Origin: Dudresnaya verticillata
Lineage: Eukaryota
Direction of reading: 5' to 3'
Length of the DNA stretch: 64,000 bases
Assembly (NCBI GenBank): GCA_977862235.1
Contig: OZ374559.1
Location: 2,232,001 to 2,296,000, forward strand
The notes beneath the pieces are model-generated. The model was not told the DNA's origin and ran no database searches. It saw only the letters and a list, made by a program, of their open reading frames with translations. Numbering within the stretch: position 1 is the first letter of the stretch; every line of letters begins with the position of its first letter. Position numbers and translations under genes: made by a program. Of the stretch, positions 46,505-58,316 are shown one piece after another.

Positions 46505-49500
46505 TAATAGAAGAACGATAAACCAGTAGATAGTTTTTAGCAAATGGCAGTGGAGTTCTTGAATGTCTGTGGTTATCAATCTATGTGACAGGTAGTGACA
46601 AGTACGTATAGCAAACTAGAACAACCAAAAGGTTTTGATAGCGACCGGTAAACAATGCGATCATTAGTCAATATGATTCATTATCACACAATATGAATAC
46701 AGCCGTTCATGACTGATTCAAAGATTCATCCTCATCTCTCTTTCTGTGAAGGGAATCAACCAGTGAACTGGTTTGATTGTCTTTCAATTGCCTCACCCAG
46801 ATCAATCGACAGTGTGCTGGATAACAGTGTCAGTTGTAGAGCCTGGGTAAGAGGGCTGTTAGTCTTGGTCAGAGGGTCAGTTAAGTTGATCTTTCCTGGA
46901 ACCCAGACCATGCGGGTGATATTTTGGGTTTCAAACTCGTATCTGATAACGTTAACATCAGCTCGAATGGATCTGTAAATCGAATTGCGACAAGTTGACA
47001 ATGTGGTGAATAAATCTTTGGAATCGACCACAATATTCAGGTCGATCTGCATATCAAGTAGTACACTGATAGCTTTGCATAAAAACTTGCCTTCATCAAT
47101 GGGTTCACCGGCAGCAAGAATCTCAGCAGCTCCAATAGACTCGACGGGCCTTTTTGACTCAAGGGATGACCATGATAAGGTATGAAATATAAAGCCAATC
47201 TCAAAATTTTCCTAGCAGCAATCCTAACACATACTCAAGATGTCCATAGTCTTCGGATCGGCTGGCCTCAGAGAAAACAACAACAGAGAGCTCATAAGAA
47301 CTGTTGTCAGTGGGGCGGTTATATTTGATTGTCGTGCCCAACTTTTGTAGTAGACGAAGCCAGTTGATATGGGTTACTATATCACCAACCGTTGGAGTGG
47401 GAGCTTTTTGCTGCAAACAGCTTGCGTAGAATGCACAGAAGGGAGAAATAGAAATCCCTAGCCACCCAATAGAACTGTTCACAGAGCGAAAAGCACTATT
47501 TTCAATCGCATTCAGTTGCTCTGCGTGCTGCTTTCTTCTGCTTCGGTCAGTAGGATACGACTTAACAGGTTCAAGCATATCATCGGCATGAATAGAGATA
47601 GATAAATCATTGTCTTGAGTGATATGTAGCCCATAAAATAGGAATGTTCCTGCAGCAGAGAATACTGTAACAAGCTTGTACATAGTCTCAATTTTTGATA
47701 TGATCTTCTTCAGCTTCTGAAGGTTTCCGGCAAAGAGAATGTCGTCGACAATCTTAACTGCGATCAGTTGTAGTCGTCCGTATTACTGATGTATAATAAC
47801 TGTGGAACGTAGATGAGCTGCAGAAAGCCCAATGATCTGAGGAATACATCACTTTGCTCCTGCCATTTCGCATTTTCGTTAACTAATCCATACGCTGCAG
47901 TGCGTAATATCCAATAGTGGGAGCGATCCTTGCTCTCGCGAGGTGGTATCACGTAAACATCTCGTTTGGCATCACCAGTTTGAAGAAATGTGCTTGTAAA
48001 GTCTATTTTTGCCAAGCACCACTTAAACATACAGGCAATAGACAATAGTATTCGAATGCCTAGGGGAGCACATGTTGCAGAGTCAGTCTTCAATTTGTGC
48101 TTCTCCTTGTCTCTGTTACCATGTGGCGCGATACGGGCCTTCATCTTCTTGGTGCTATCATCATTAGTTTTAACTTTGTAGATAACGTGACTTGTAATTA
48201 TATTTGCCTCTTTCGGGATATCAGAGACAGTAACAAATGTAGCAGTCTTCGTGAAGTTGCCATCTTCTTTTAAAAAGGAATTAATAAGGGGGAATGATGG
48301 CAGGCCTTGTGCTTGGTGCATCATAAAGTCTTTCATTCCGGACATTTTTTTATAGGCCAACAGAGTTTCCTGCTCCGTACTTTGCAGCTTCGCCGTTTTA
48401 ATCGTGGCAGTATTCGTGGTTAAGGCATCGTTAGAGGGGTAGCGCCATGTCTCATCATCCAGATTAAGAGTCTCTTCATCACTATCATCATATTCAATAT
48501 CACATGTATGCCCTTCATTAACCGAAGCAACAGTACCGGGGTAGAAACGTTCGTCAAGAGGCCAATAAACCTCTATTGAATCACCAACACCAGGTGGGGT
48601 AGATAAAATATCTTCTTGACCATTCTCGTAATTTTCCTCATCATAGCTTTCGTGAATAGGTTGGGTAGTATCTGATTCGTTACCGTTTTGATTTTCATTA
48701 GTTTAATCAATGGCCTCTTCAACAGTGGCGGTTATTGCATCAATTGCTTCTTGAATGGAGGAAGCGAGAGAACTTTCCGTAATAGCTGCTCTGCAATCTT
48801 CTCGTGCTGCAGAAACAGAACGTCCTTTCTCACCAGGAACAGTAATGGTACCTGAGGCGTTATCCACGGATATAACAGTGCACGATGCAGAGCACTTGCC
48901 TCTTTTCTCGTGTTGATGTTGGATGAAAATTTGAACAATATCTCCAACATTAATAGGCAACTCTGTTACTGATTTGGAACGTGTAGTATAGCTGTCAGCA
49001 CCCTACCAGCAGCGGCTGTAAGGTATACTGGCAGCCCTGCACTGTAATGGTGCACACGATGACGCCCGCTGGCGAGTCGTGGTTGGGCAGCGTGCCCTTA
49101 GTTTTTTCGTTGAATTAGTAGCGGTCGACCGCATTGCTGCCGGCAGCGGCCGCGCGCCGTGCCGCACACGGCGCGCCCCTGTGACGCTCTCCGGCATCGA
49201 GCCGTTGAGAGGGCCGCTGCCCGTTACGCCCCGCGCGCGCCCACGGGTATACCCTATAACGGTTATAACCGTTACCCGGACGTGTCGACACGTGTATGGG
49301 CGCGCGCTTGCACACCTCCCGCGTTGGTGTTGTGGGGCGCACCTACTGTAGAAGTAGTCGTAGTGCACATAGTGTAGGGTCTTTAAGACCGTCGGCCATC
49401 GACGGCTCAGTAAACCGGACAAGCAACAGCTCGCGCTTTAGCTTGCCCCCAGCCTTTTCGGGTTCGATCCCTTTGCCTTACGCCAGCGGGCGGTTTCCCT

Positions 49501-52265
49501 TTTTCCCCTTGCCTCGCTAGGCTTGCCCCTTTCCTTTTCCTTTCCGTCAGCTTCGTGCCGCCCTTCGACACTGACGCTGGGATCCGGCCGCTGCCTACCC
49601 GCGTACGGTACGCCCCGTGCGCGCTCCGGCATCGACGCCGTCGAGCCGCACCTGCGGGGTGCACGCGGCCGACACCGCTCTACCAACCCCAACAGCTACC
49701 CATCGACGGGTCTGTGTGGCGGGTTCGGACCAGCAAGTATCAGACGTCGGATCGACCCGACGTCTATACTACAGAACGTAGAATATTTGTTAGCTTGCGT
49801 CTGGCAATGCGTTCATCGTGAGCAGCCAAGAGGTCTTGAGGGACTCGAACTGGGAATGAGGAAGCAGTAATTGGTCTGGTGTACCCTTTAGCCAATTCAC
49901 GTGCAGAGCAAACATCGGTGCCGTACAGATCGTTCGAAATGCACAATGATTGCTGTATGAGTAAATTTTGGTAATCAATCGTGCAATTAGGCATCTCATG
50001 CTTCAAGCGTAGGTATATGTCACGAATCACCTTGTGCTTGGACTCAATTACATTCTTATTATGCCTCCGTGGAGGCGTTGGTCATGCCTAAATGTCATTG
50101 TTCTTCAGATATGCCGCAAATGCAGCGTTTTTGAATGCAGCGTCATATACAGTAACCGAAGGCACCCAGAACTGAGAAGTCCACTGAGTTTCAAGGACCA
50201 GGATAGCTGAATTCATAGAGGTATCTGACACAACATCACCGGTGGAGTAACGTGTCACATAATCCATCACGTGAAACACCCTATGATCATCAAGTTGTAA
50301 ATGGTCGATGCAAACGACCTCATTGAACTCACGGCTAATAGTATTTAGTGAGACGTTGCGAGTGGCGGCAGGTTTGGATGTCGTTTCACAGCTTGGGAAT
50401 TTTCTATAATGCGACGGAGATATTTCTGAGCTTCACCATCCCAAAGCCCGTTTCTTTCGAGGAATATCTTAATATCCGAAGAATTTTGAGTGTCCACAAA
50501 CATGGGAGTGAACCTTGTCGATCACTTTCTTAATCTCATTCCAAGGCCAATTGGCGTTAAAGTCTGATACCGTAGCAGTAGCACAAAATATCTTACTTGT
50601 AATTGACGGTGAACAGTACAGGTCTCCATGAACAAAGATTTTGCATGGTATGTGACTGTGAAAGTTGGCATCAATCAGGGGGATTGAATCCAGGGACTCC
50701 GGGAGTACAATCTTGTTTTGTCCCCTATGTAAAATATCACAGTACTTGGTCATGTTACTGTGGTTACGACCAACAACCCATTGCGATGAGCCTTCGATTA
50801 TAAGATGTCGTATGAAACCAGTTCCCTTCTCTTCAGTACTGGCCTTCAGGATAACAGAACTGAGTATCTTTCTTGAGCCATTGGAGTGCTGACCAGTACC
50901 GTACTGCCAGAACAGAAATGGTTCTATCTCTTCAGGTATCGGTAGCAGGTTTCCATCCCATGCCGGGACAATCATAGGCTCCAAGAGAAGGAACTCATTA
51001 ATCCCCATACCACTGTATGGTGCCCTGTCATCTAGTCGTGGGCCAACAAATTCTGTCTTAAGGGAACAAAATTCGGAAAACTGGACCATATTGAACCGAA
51101 GTGTCTTTTTGTTTGATGAACCGGATGATGATGGTGAAACACTAGCAGGTTCAGGTGAAGATTTGACCCCAGTCTTAAAAGAACTACCTGAGTTGTAGTC
51201 TGTCTGCCAATTTCCATATTTCCGGCATTGCGGACATTTGGATCGAACTTTTTGGTCAGTGAGTTGCTCAGGGGAGAGGGTTCGTTTCGCTTTCCATACT
51301 TCTTATGATAGTTGGACCGAATTGAACCAGTCGTAGCACTTAGAGTTGAAATTTTAGTGCTAGGAGAGCCAACATCATGAGATTTTGCCTGCTAACACTG
51401 TCGTAAAACGGAAGCAACAAATTCATAAGAAACTGAATCAAGTAACTGGTCTGTTGTATAATCGGAAGATACTGAACCATTGGAAGGAGATGTAGCAGCG
51501 AGTACAGAGACTCTTTCGCGCGCATCTTTCGCGCGCATCTATTGCAGAATTGGCAAGCAACATGAACGCGGTTAATGCATCCGGTAACTTCGTGTTTGAT
51601 GAATTAGAATTGAACTTAGATACGTTTGGATCAAAGCGAGATTCAAAGTTCTTAAAAGTCTCCATTGAACCACTCTTGGTATTTAGAATTGATATAAATA
51701 ATTAGACCTCACTCACTACTGTGAGTGCGTCACGCTTGTAGATGGCCTTGACAATAGCATCCGACCCGCCATCAGATTGTATCGTAGCATCTGGAACTGA
51801 TTTGCAGAGATCTCGAACTTTGCCATAAAGCTGGGATTGTTACATTATTCCACGGAGACCAGAAGATATCTTGTTGGATTAGACTCCAGTAACTTATCAT
51901 GGAAGGCATTCCATAGAGAAAAAGAAATACTGTACTCTTCTTGGTTGCATTTCCCGTCAGTCCAGGGCACATTCTTAATGTCCCAGGAAAAGCGAGGGCG
52001 GGTAGGCTGAGAAGCCATACCGGGCGCTGGGCCCAAAACTAATAGAAGAACGATAAACCAGTAGATAGTTTTTAGCAAATGGCAGTGGAGTTCTTGAATG
52101 TCTGTGGTTATCAATCTATGTGACAGGTAGTGACAAGTACTTATAGCAAACTAGAACAACAAAAAGGTTTTGATAGCGACCGGTAAACAATGGGATCAAT
52201 AGTCAATGTGATTCATTATCACACCATATGAATACAGCCGTTCATGACTGATTCATAGATCCATA
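46505..52265 (-). mobile_element. Ty1/Copia LTR retrotransposon, full length, decayed
   Basis: 226-bp LTRs at 46505-46730 and 52040-52265 (about 9 mismatches by eye), TSD GCAAT at 46500-46504 and 52266-52270. Order is gag, integrase (HSHVCGH, FHVMDYVTRYS), RT (KARIAPHG, IDFTSTFLQ, AAYGL, IVDD), RNase H (NLTDPLTK). PPT at ~46731-46745. Confidence 0.93.
48982..49773. mobile_element. GC-rich solo LTR (792 bp) inserted into Copia pol
   Basis: Termini TGTAGTATAG...CTATACTACA, TSD GAACG at 48977-48981 and 49774-49778. Removing it rejoins ..LTNILRS-KSVTELPINVGD.. Confidence 0.92.
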
Positions 52266-53279
52266 GCAATATTGGATCAATACAGTATTGCTAACATATC
52301 AGGCTTCCACCAATACTGTAGTAACGTCTATATCGTCTTCTAGACTTTCTGAACGGCTGCATTATTATCTCAAACTGAGAATTATCAAGTCTATAAGAAC
52401 CCTCAATAGTTCCTTACCTCTTAGTTTGAGATAAGACAACTCGAACGACTATTATACTACATTCAACTAAACTTTATCATTTGATCTACTGTTCTGTCCT
52501 GCGTATTCATACCTTCCTTCCTCTTACTGTGCTTACCTCCTAATTATCAAGATTGATAAGCGATATAACACACTGGGTTGCAGTGGCAGCCGTGATTCCC
52601 GTAAAGTAGTTAACAGAACATGTTTACATTGGCGCGTGTGGCAGATCCCTAGCCGTGGTCTAACCTGGGAAATGTGCTTGCGAGAAACTGATGTCTTCCT
52701 CCTTTATTGTAGGAGAGGGCCATACCCGATGGCTTAAGTACCGTAGAATAAGCGGTGCGATGCTGGGCTGCACCCGGTAGATGGTGACCGGCTGTACGAG
52801 TGCTACAGGTGTAGGCTGTCCGCGTGGATTCTAAATGTCAACTACCCGAACTCTCTAGGCCATATCGCTAGTGGCCTACAAACTCTCTGGGCCATATCGC
52901 TAGTGGCCTACAGGCGGTAGCGCTTCGCTCAGTTTAGTCGTATGATAAGTACAGGTCTGCTCGGTTTGAATAGGAGTAATTCTTTATTTAAATCAGGGCC
53001 GATAAGTCGTTGAGAAAGATTGTGGGATGCAACAAAGACGATTGCGGTCAACTATCTTACGTCGATTGAATGTAACTGCAAAATATTGAGGGACGAGCGA
53101 AGCCAAACGGTCTGGACTGGCTAAAATGATGATAACTTTCAGTGGCTGTAGAAAATCATGATGGATAGCAAGACTGCTCCCGAATATTCAGTACGACGAG
53201 AAGAAGCTCAAAGCCCCAGAGTCCAAGAGGTACACAGGAAACATTTCTCGTGTTTGATCCTCGGAGACCAATGTTCGTT

Positions 53280-54644
53280 TTAAAGGGAACCATCATCTCC
53301 ACCTTGAAGGTTCTGCAGAAGACGTTTCAAGTACAAGTATGTGCCCATCACGCTTCTGTGAAGCTGGCGGTACTTTTCGAACAATTCATCCGGAATGTCG
53401 GCGTCATCATCATCATTAGGATCGATTGCAGGCGGAGGGGGAAACTCATCTGCGGCTAATCCTACTGCATCTGTCTCTGGAAATGCTTCCACGAACATAA
53501 CACCATCTCCTTCCTGCTCCTCCACTGCTTGAGTTTCAGGATAGCTATTTATTCCAGTTCCTGTTTGCTCTTCAGCGCTGCCGAAACGATTTGAGCCATT
53601 GGTAGCAGAAACATCATTCGAAATCCTTGGGCCTTCATCCCGCTCCCTCATGAACCATTCAAACGTACTGTTCAATGCCTGGATGTACACAGGAGCATTC
53701 TGCGCCACGTTCTGTACGGCACCAGTTGTGTTTCGCTCGTTCGTCACCGCTTCCAAGTCTGATAACAAACCTCTCCAGCTCCCAGTCTCATAGTTTTGCC
53801 ACGATTCGTATTGAAGCTGGCTATTCCCATTCCCTGAATTCGGTGACCGCAGAGCCTGGGATTCACCAGAATAGAATGACTCCGCCAGACTGTCGTGCGT
53901 GGAGCTAATAGGGGTCCCGGAGACAGAATCGTAGTCAATAATTGAGGGTGCATATTCCGTTCCCAAGTCAGAATCTGAGCTTTCAATGCTGATAGATCTG
54001 TTTGTTCCATAACTTGTGCCGTAACTCGAGGAGTACTCACTCGTACTCTGGGCTCTCAAGATTCCAAAATCTCTTTCCAATGCAACAAGTTCACTGTAGA
54101 ATTCAAATCCATCTCGAAGCGTCCTTCCGTACATATTCATGAAGTGATGGATGCTATCTTTCTGGCACTGCGTGTCCCAAAAAGATGGATTACTGAGCTT
54201 GAGAACTTCTATCATGAGGGAAGGATTTGCAAACCCACCATCTTGGGCGAGAACATTTCCTACGTTAAGATAATTTCGGCACAATGGGCACGCAATGAAA
54301 CTACTTCTACCCATGTAGTGGAGAATGCAATGCAGATGAAAAGCGTTGATGCAAATGCAACACTTAATTGTGCAGACCGGGAAAAGGGGATCGGTACAAA
54401 TTGTGCATACTGGAAAGTTTTCTTCAACCTGGTCTTCCTTGGATGAAACGACGCCAAGCAAGTCGAACTGCTTCACTTCACTCAGTCCCGCTAGGACTTT
54501 CATAATTAACTCTTCTCGTCTGCTCAACTGCCATGTCACATATCGCAGCTTCTTTGAAGAAGTTTCAAAGCTCTCATGCAGATATTCAAGACACTGCATT
54601 GTCTTTTCAACCAGCCGAACGAATTCATTTCCGTTGCAGGACAT
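53280..54644 (-). CDS. C4HC3 RING/PHD-like zinc-finger protein, paralogue A
   Basis: CTIC-x7-C-x3-CCIC-x4-HLHC-x12-CPLCR. ATG 54644 aligns with the start of paralogue B. Confidence 0.82.
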   Translation of the reverse strand: MSCNGNEFVRLVEKTMQCLEYLHESFETSSKKLRYVTWQLSRREELIMKVLAGLSEVKQFDLLGVVSSKEDQVEENFPVCTICTDPLFPVCTIKCCICINAFHLHCILHYMGRSSFIACPLCRNYLNVGNVLAQDGGFANPSLMIEVLKLSNPSFWDTQCQKDSIHHFMNMYGRTLRDGFEFYSELVALERDFGILRAQSTSEYSSSYGTSYGTNRSISIESSDSDLGTEYAPSIIDYDSVSGTPISSTHDSLAESFYSGESQALRSPNSGNGNSQLQYESWQNYETGSWRGLLSDLEAVTNERNTTGAVQNVAQNAPVYIQALNSTFEWFMRERDEGPRISNDVSATNGSNRFGSAEEQTGTGINSYPETQAVEEQEGDGVMFVEAFPETDAVGLAADEFPPPPAIDPNDDDDADIPDELFEKYRQLHRSVMGTYLYLKRLLQNLQGGDDGSL

Positions 54645-55806
54645 AGCGAAGAACAAGGCCTTGAGATATGGGCTAGTAGTTGGGATGTAAATGGATTTTT
54701 CGCAGGTGCCACTTGTTTGAACGGTTGTAAGTGGGAAGCGTGAGGGACAGAGCCAGTAGTGCGCCAGGGTTTGCGTTGCAGTGCTCGTTAGCGTGAGCGT
54801 GTCAATAGGATGCACGGTTCACTTTTAACATGCTCGTTCGGCGACGAGAATAGAACATGATTCTCATAGTTGTTGGCCGACCAGGAGAGGGATTCTTCCC
54901 GGCAAAGGGGTCAGAAGGAGAACAGAAAAAACCATTAGCACGCATAGACAGATATTAACAAAACTTATCCCATCTGTAGACATCTCTCAGCGTTCCTAGA
55001 TCACCATTGACAGTAAACGCCAAACATTATCCCACTTTCCGCGGTACATGTTACAATAGGCCCTCTCCGACACCAACACCACCCCCGTCGCCGTGTCGGC
55101 TCTTAGTACGTATCAATGTGGTATGTCAAAATCTGCCTGCTGCGCTTCAAGGGCTCAGGGTTAGCTCAGGCACTCTGTATGCTATGAGCTTAACAATCTT
55201 CACCCACAAGCCCTTCCAAGCTACCTTCACCAAAGTTACATATCTTCCATGACTGCATCTAACTGTAAACAAAACCGACATTCATAAGCGAGACAAAAAG
55301 GCCTTTATCTATTCTCCATGCGTTCTTGTTGGTTATGTTTACTTTGGCGAGGCAGCCTCCGCTCGATTTAGTCGTATGATGATCTCCCAACTTGATTAAG
55401 ACTTAAGAATCGAGCGTTATTAGCTTCGTTGCCCCCTTCTTCGTTTGTGGTTAGTTTGCAGTCGGACCTCAACGGGGATGCGGCACACGGGAACCAAGCC
55501 GGGTACATGTCATAGTGGTGATAATGATTACTGACGCGTTTTAGAGTGCACTTCTTTGTCTCGGCTTCATAGCGGTGGCCATCGCAGCCTGCCCCACCTG
55601 GGGAAGCCAACTCAGAAACGTTGCTTTAATCCTTTGAACGCCTTGTTCAAACCCAGAGCTCACACGACCATATATATTCATGACTGTGGGATGAAGGACG
55701 TTGCCCTTTTCTCATCTCGATAACGAGGACTGGGTTGAACTTCGGGGAGAAATACTTGGCGGGAGAAATGGTCCTGAGGACCGCGAGGGCTGGACCTGAG
55801 ACCTAT

Positions 55807-56045
55807 TGTAGAATTGTTTAGTTGTGTTTTTACTGCGTGTTTGTTTTGGCACTGTGGTCCCCGCCGTCTGCGATCACTGTTACCTGTTCCACATCTTTTA
55901 GGTGGGTTTGTCGTGCGACATTGTTAGTATAAGTACGAGTTAGAGCTACGAGCTAAGTAAAGATCGGTATCGCTTTGAAAACAGTATCGACACCAACTAC
56001 AGTGCTGAACTCTCCAACCACAGCGCTTGTCGCTCTTACGCTACA
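55807..56045. repeat. Possible short solo LTR
   Basis: TGTAG...CTACA termini and absent from the duplicated copy at ~31335. Flanks ACCTAT/ACCTT are only an imperfect TSD. Confidence 0.45.
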
Positions 56046-56056
56046 ACCTTCACTCT

Positions 56057-57001
56057 CTACCCGCAAGAAAATGTTACGGTTGAGTCCACCCTATTTCCGT
56101 TACTAAGTTGGCAAGAAACAGTAACAGGTCGACCATGCGGGTAGTTTAGCCAAGGAGATACATCGTCGCCGATACTGCCCGCGATGAAGAAAGGCGCATG
56201 GAGCTCGCGGCGGACGAAATCCCCGTCAACAAAGAAATCTGCAAATCTTGGTGCACCATTGCCGGAGTACTCGCATAAGACTGTGATGTATCCAAGAGAT
56301 AATACACGTGGGCACACCACCAGCCCGTCTCTTATAGGGATTCTTGTTTCATCGGGGCTTGCTGGGTCCACTAGAGTGAGCACTTGCACCTCCGCACTTG
56401 GGCCGTGTGTGTCATTGACAGGGGCTTGCACTTGAGATGGGCTCGGAGAAGGCAAGGGTGCAAGACTCCTCGACTCGTATGCAGGGTCCGGAGTGGTTGA
56501 ATCTAAATTCTCGTTGGGAGCTGGACTACTTTTTGCTATGGAGAAGTCGTCGGGTTTAGTTCCTGGTTGCGGACCTGCAGAAGGAGAAACGCTCTTCAAC
56601 ATGATCGGCGCTCGTGCACATCCGACAAATACTGGAATCTCGAACTGATCACCGACATTGGTGAGGCACGAAATGGACCTCCTTCCCCTGTACCACTGCC
56701 AGTTAAGCCAAGGAATGGGCTCGCCAGCGGCGTCGGAGAACATGAGAAACGGCCTCTTGTGTGAAGCGCCAATGAAACGACCATCTAAGAAGAAGTAAGT
56801 TGTGTTCGCAGAAGGCGGGGCATCGCATAGCACATTCACACCCGAATCGGAGAAGTGCAGCGGGCAGATGTGCGAGTTGGGTTGCAGACCGTGTCTCGGG
56901 GAGGCTGTCCCATTTCCGGTGACAAGGAAGAGCTGCGCGTGGGCGCAAAGCGCTGCGAGGGAGAGGCACAGAGTGGCCTGAAACAAGAGCACGGTGTGCA
57001 T
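56057..57001 (-). CDS. Predicted secreted protein, two homologous domains joined by a Pro/Ser/Thr linker, 314 aa
   Basis: Signal peptide MHTVLLFQATLCLSLAALCAHA. The motif CP..VLC..FF(L/V)DG.F......PF........PWLN....SC occurs twice. Confidence 0.82.
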   Translation of the reverse strand: MHTVLLFQATLCLSLAALCAHAQLFLVTGNGTASPRHGLQPNSHICPLHFSDSGVNVLCDAPPSANTTYFFLDGRFIGASHKRPFLMFSDAAGEPIPWLNWQWYRGRRSISCLTNVGDQFEIPVFVGCARAPIMLKSVSPSAGPQPGTKPDDFSIAKSSPAPNENLDSTTPDPAYESRSLAPLPSPSPSQVQAPVNDTHGPSAEVQVLTLVDPASPDETRIPIRDGLVVCPRVLSLGYITVLCEYSGNGAPRFADFFVDGDFVRRELHAPFFIAGSIGDDVSPWLNYPHGRPVTVSCQLSNGNRVDSTVTFSCG

Positions 57002-57689
57002 TCTGAATGAATGAAAGAGGACGGCTCGAGAATGCGATGTGGAAGGCTTTGGAGGGCAGGAGAGGGAGTCGTGAAAGGTGGGCACCCGCAAGTAAGCATC
57101 ATGGGAAGGCATAGGTGGGACAGCTTTTACGGCGCTTTGTCCGCTTCCATTTTGTGGAGTTTCCCGGGCTTCGCCTATTTGCCGGCTCCGGCCAAGAATC
57201 AACGATATGAGCGTTAGATTTAGCAGCGTTTCTGAAAGTTCAGTTGAAGTGGCAGATCAGACTGTGATGAAAGCGTAATTCAGATGCAACCGCCAAGCGT
57301 GCCTGCCTGGTCCGATTGTCGTGGCATATTTGATTTCGTTGCGTGTTCCGCGCCGCAGGAAATAGATACGGACGTCAATATCCTTCCAACCTGCAGAAGT
57401 GTGTGCCTTCATCTAACATTGGCATTATGTTCATAAGCAATTTCTTCCTTCATGCCAGCATTCGTACAACCCTCGCCAATGCCTTTTCTCGACTCTAATG
57501 ACGCTCAACTCATGATACGATCTGTCGATGGGCAAAATATTTTGCAAGCATGAGTCATGCTGTATGACTGCCTGCAAAATCGAGATATCGTCAGTGTAGC
57601 TGAATTGTTTACTTTCGATAATGATGGAGGGCTTTATGTATAGGAAAGACTACAGCCCAACAAGGGGGCTAACTAAAATTCATATGAAA

Positions 57690-57910
57690 TGCGATGGTCG
57701 AAGAGTGTACGGCGGTTAACAGCCACCGTGTCAGATTGAAGTACGAGAGAGGTGAGGTGGGTTAGAAGAGAGAGAGAGAGAGAGAGAGAGAGCTTCTCAG
57801 CTATCGGTGAAGTACTTTTCATGGCAGTTATGAATTCGCCATGCGCCGAGCGCCTCGATCGAACCCAAAACCAATGGAACCATAGTGCCATAGCCATCGG
57901 ATGGAGGTCT
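57690..57910 (-). mobile_element. CRE-type 3'-end fragment with internal (CT)n expansion
   Basis: KSTSPIAEKLSLSLSLSLLTHLTSLVLQSDTVAVNRRTL. Confidence 0.68.
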
Positions 57911-58316
57911 AGTCATACTGATAACCAGTTGCATTGTGTTGTTTTAATACAAAATATTCCATCTAGAGCATATTCGCAGAGCTGTTTCAGTAATAGTCTA
58001 TCAATTTATACGATCAAAAGTTTGTGCAGTTCACTTGGAAAACAGGAAGAAGAAAGAGTCACTTGAAGTGCTAGATGAAACACAAGTCATAACACGCAGC
58101 AAAGTGTTTTCAAGTTAAGTTCTCCGCCATTCTATTGCCCCTCTCAAATACCGTCAGTTGGCCATGCTCTTGCTCGTCAGGCGAAGAACAATATCCCGTA
58201 CCCACGACGCGGATCGTGTTCTGCATTTTTGCAGACGGGTATTCAATATCCAAGCTTTCCTGCACCTTGGGGTGGCTATCCATTTTATTTTTCAGTAAGA
58301 GTGTAAGAAGCGTTTT

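Noticed and set aside
52849..52911. 32-bp tandem duplication with hairpin potential
   Set aside because: Only two units; an ordinary local duplication.
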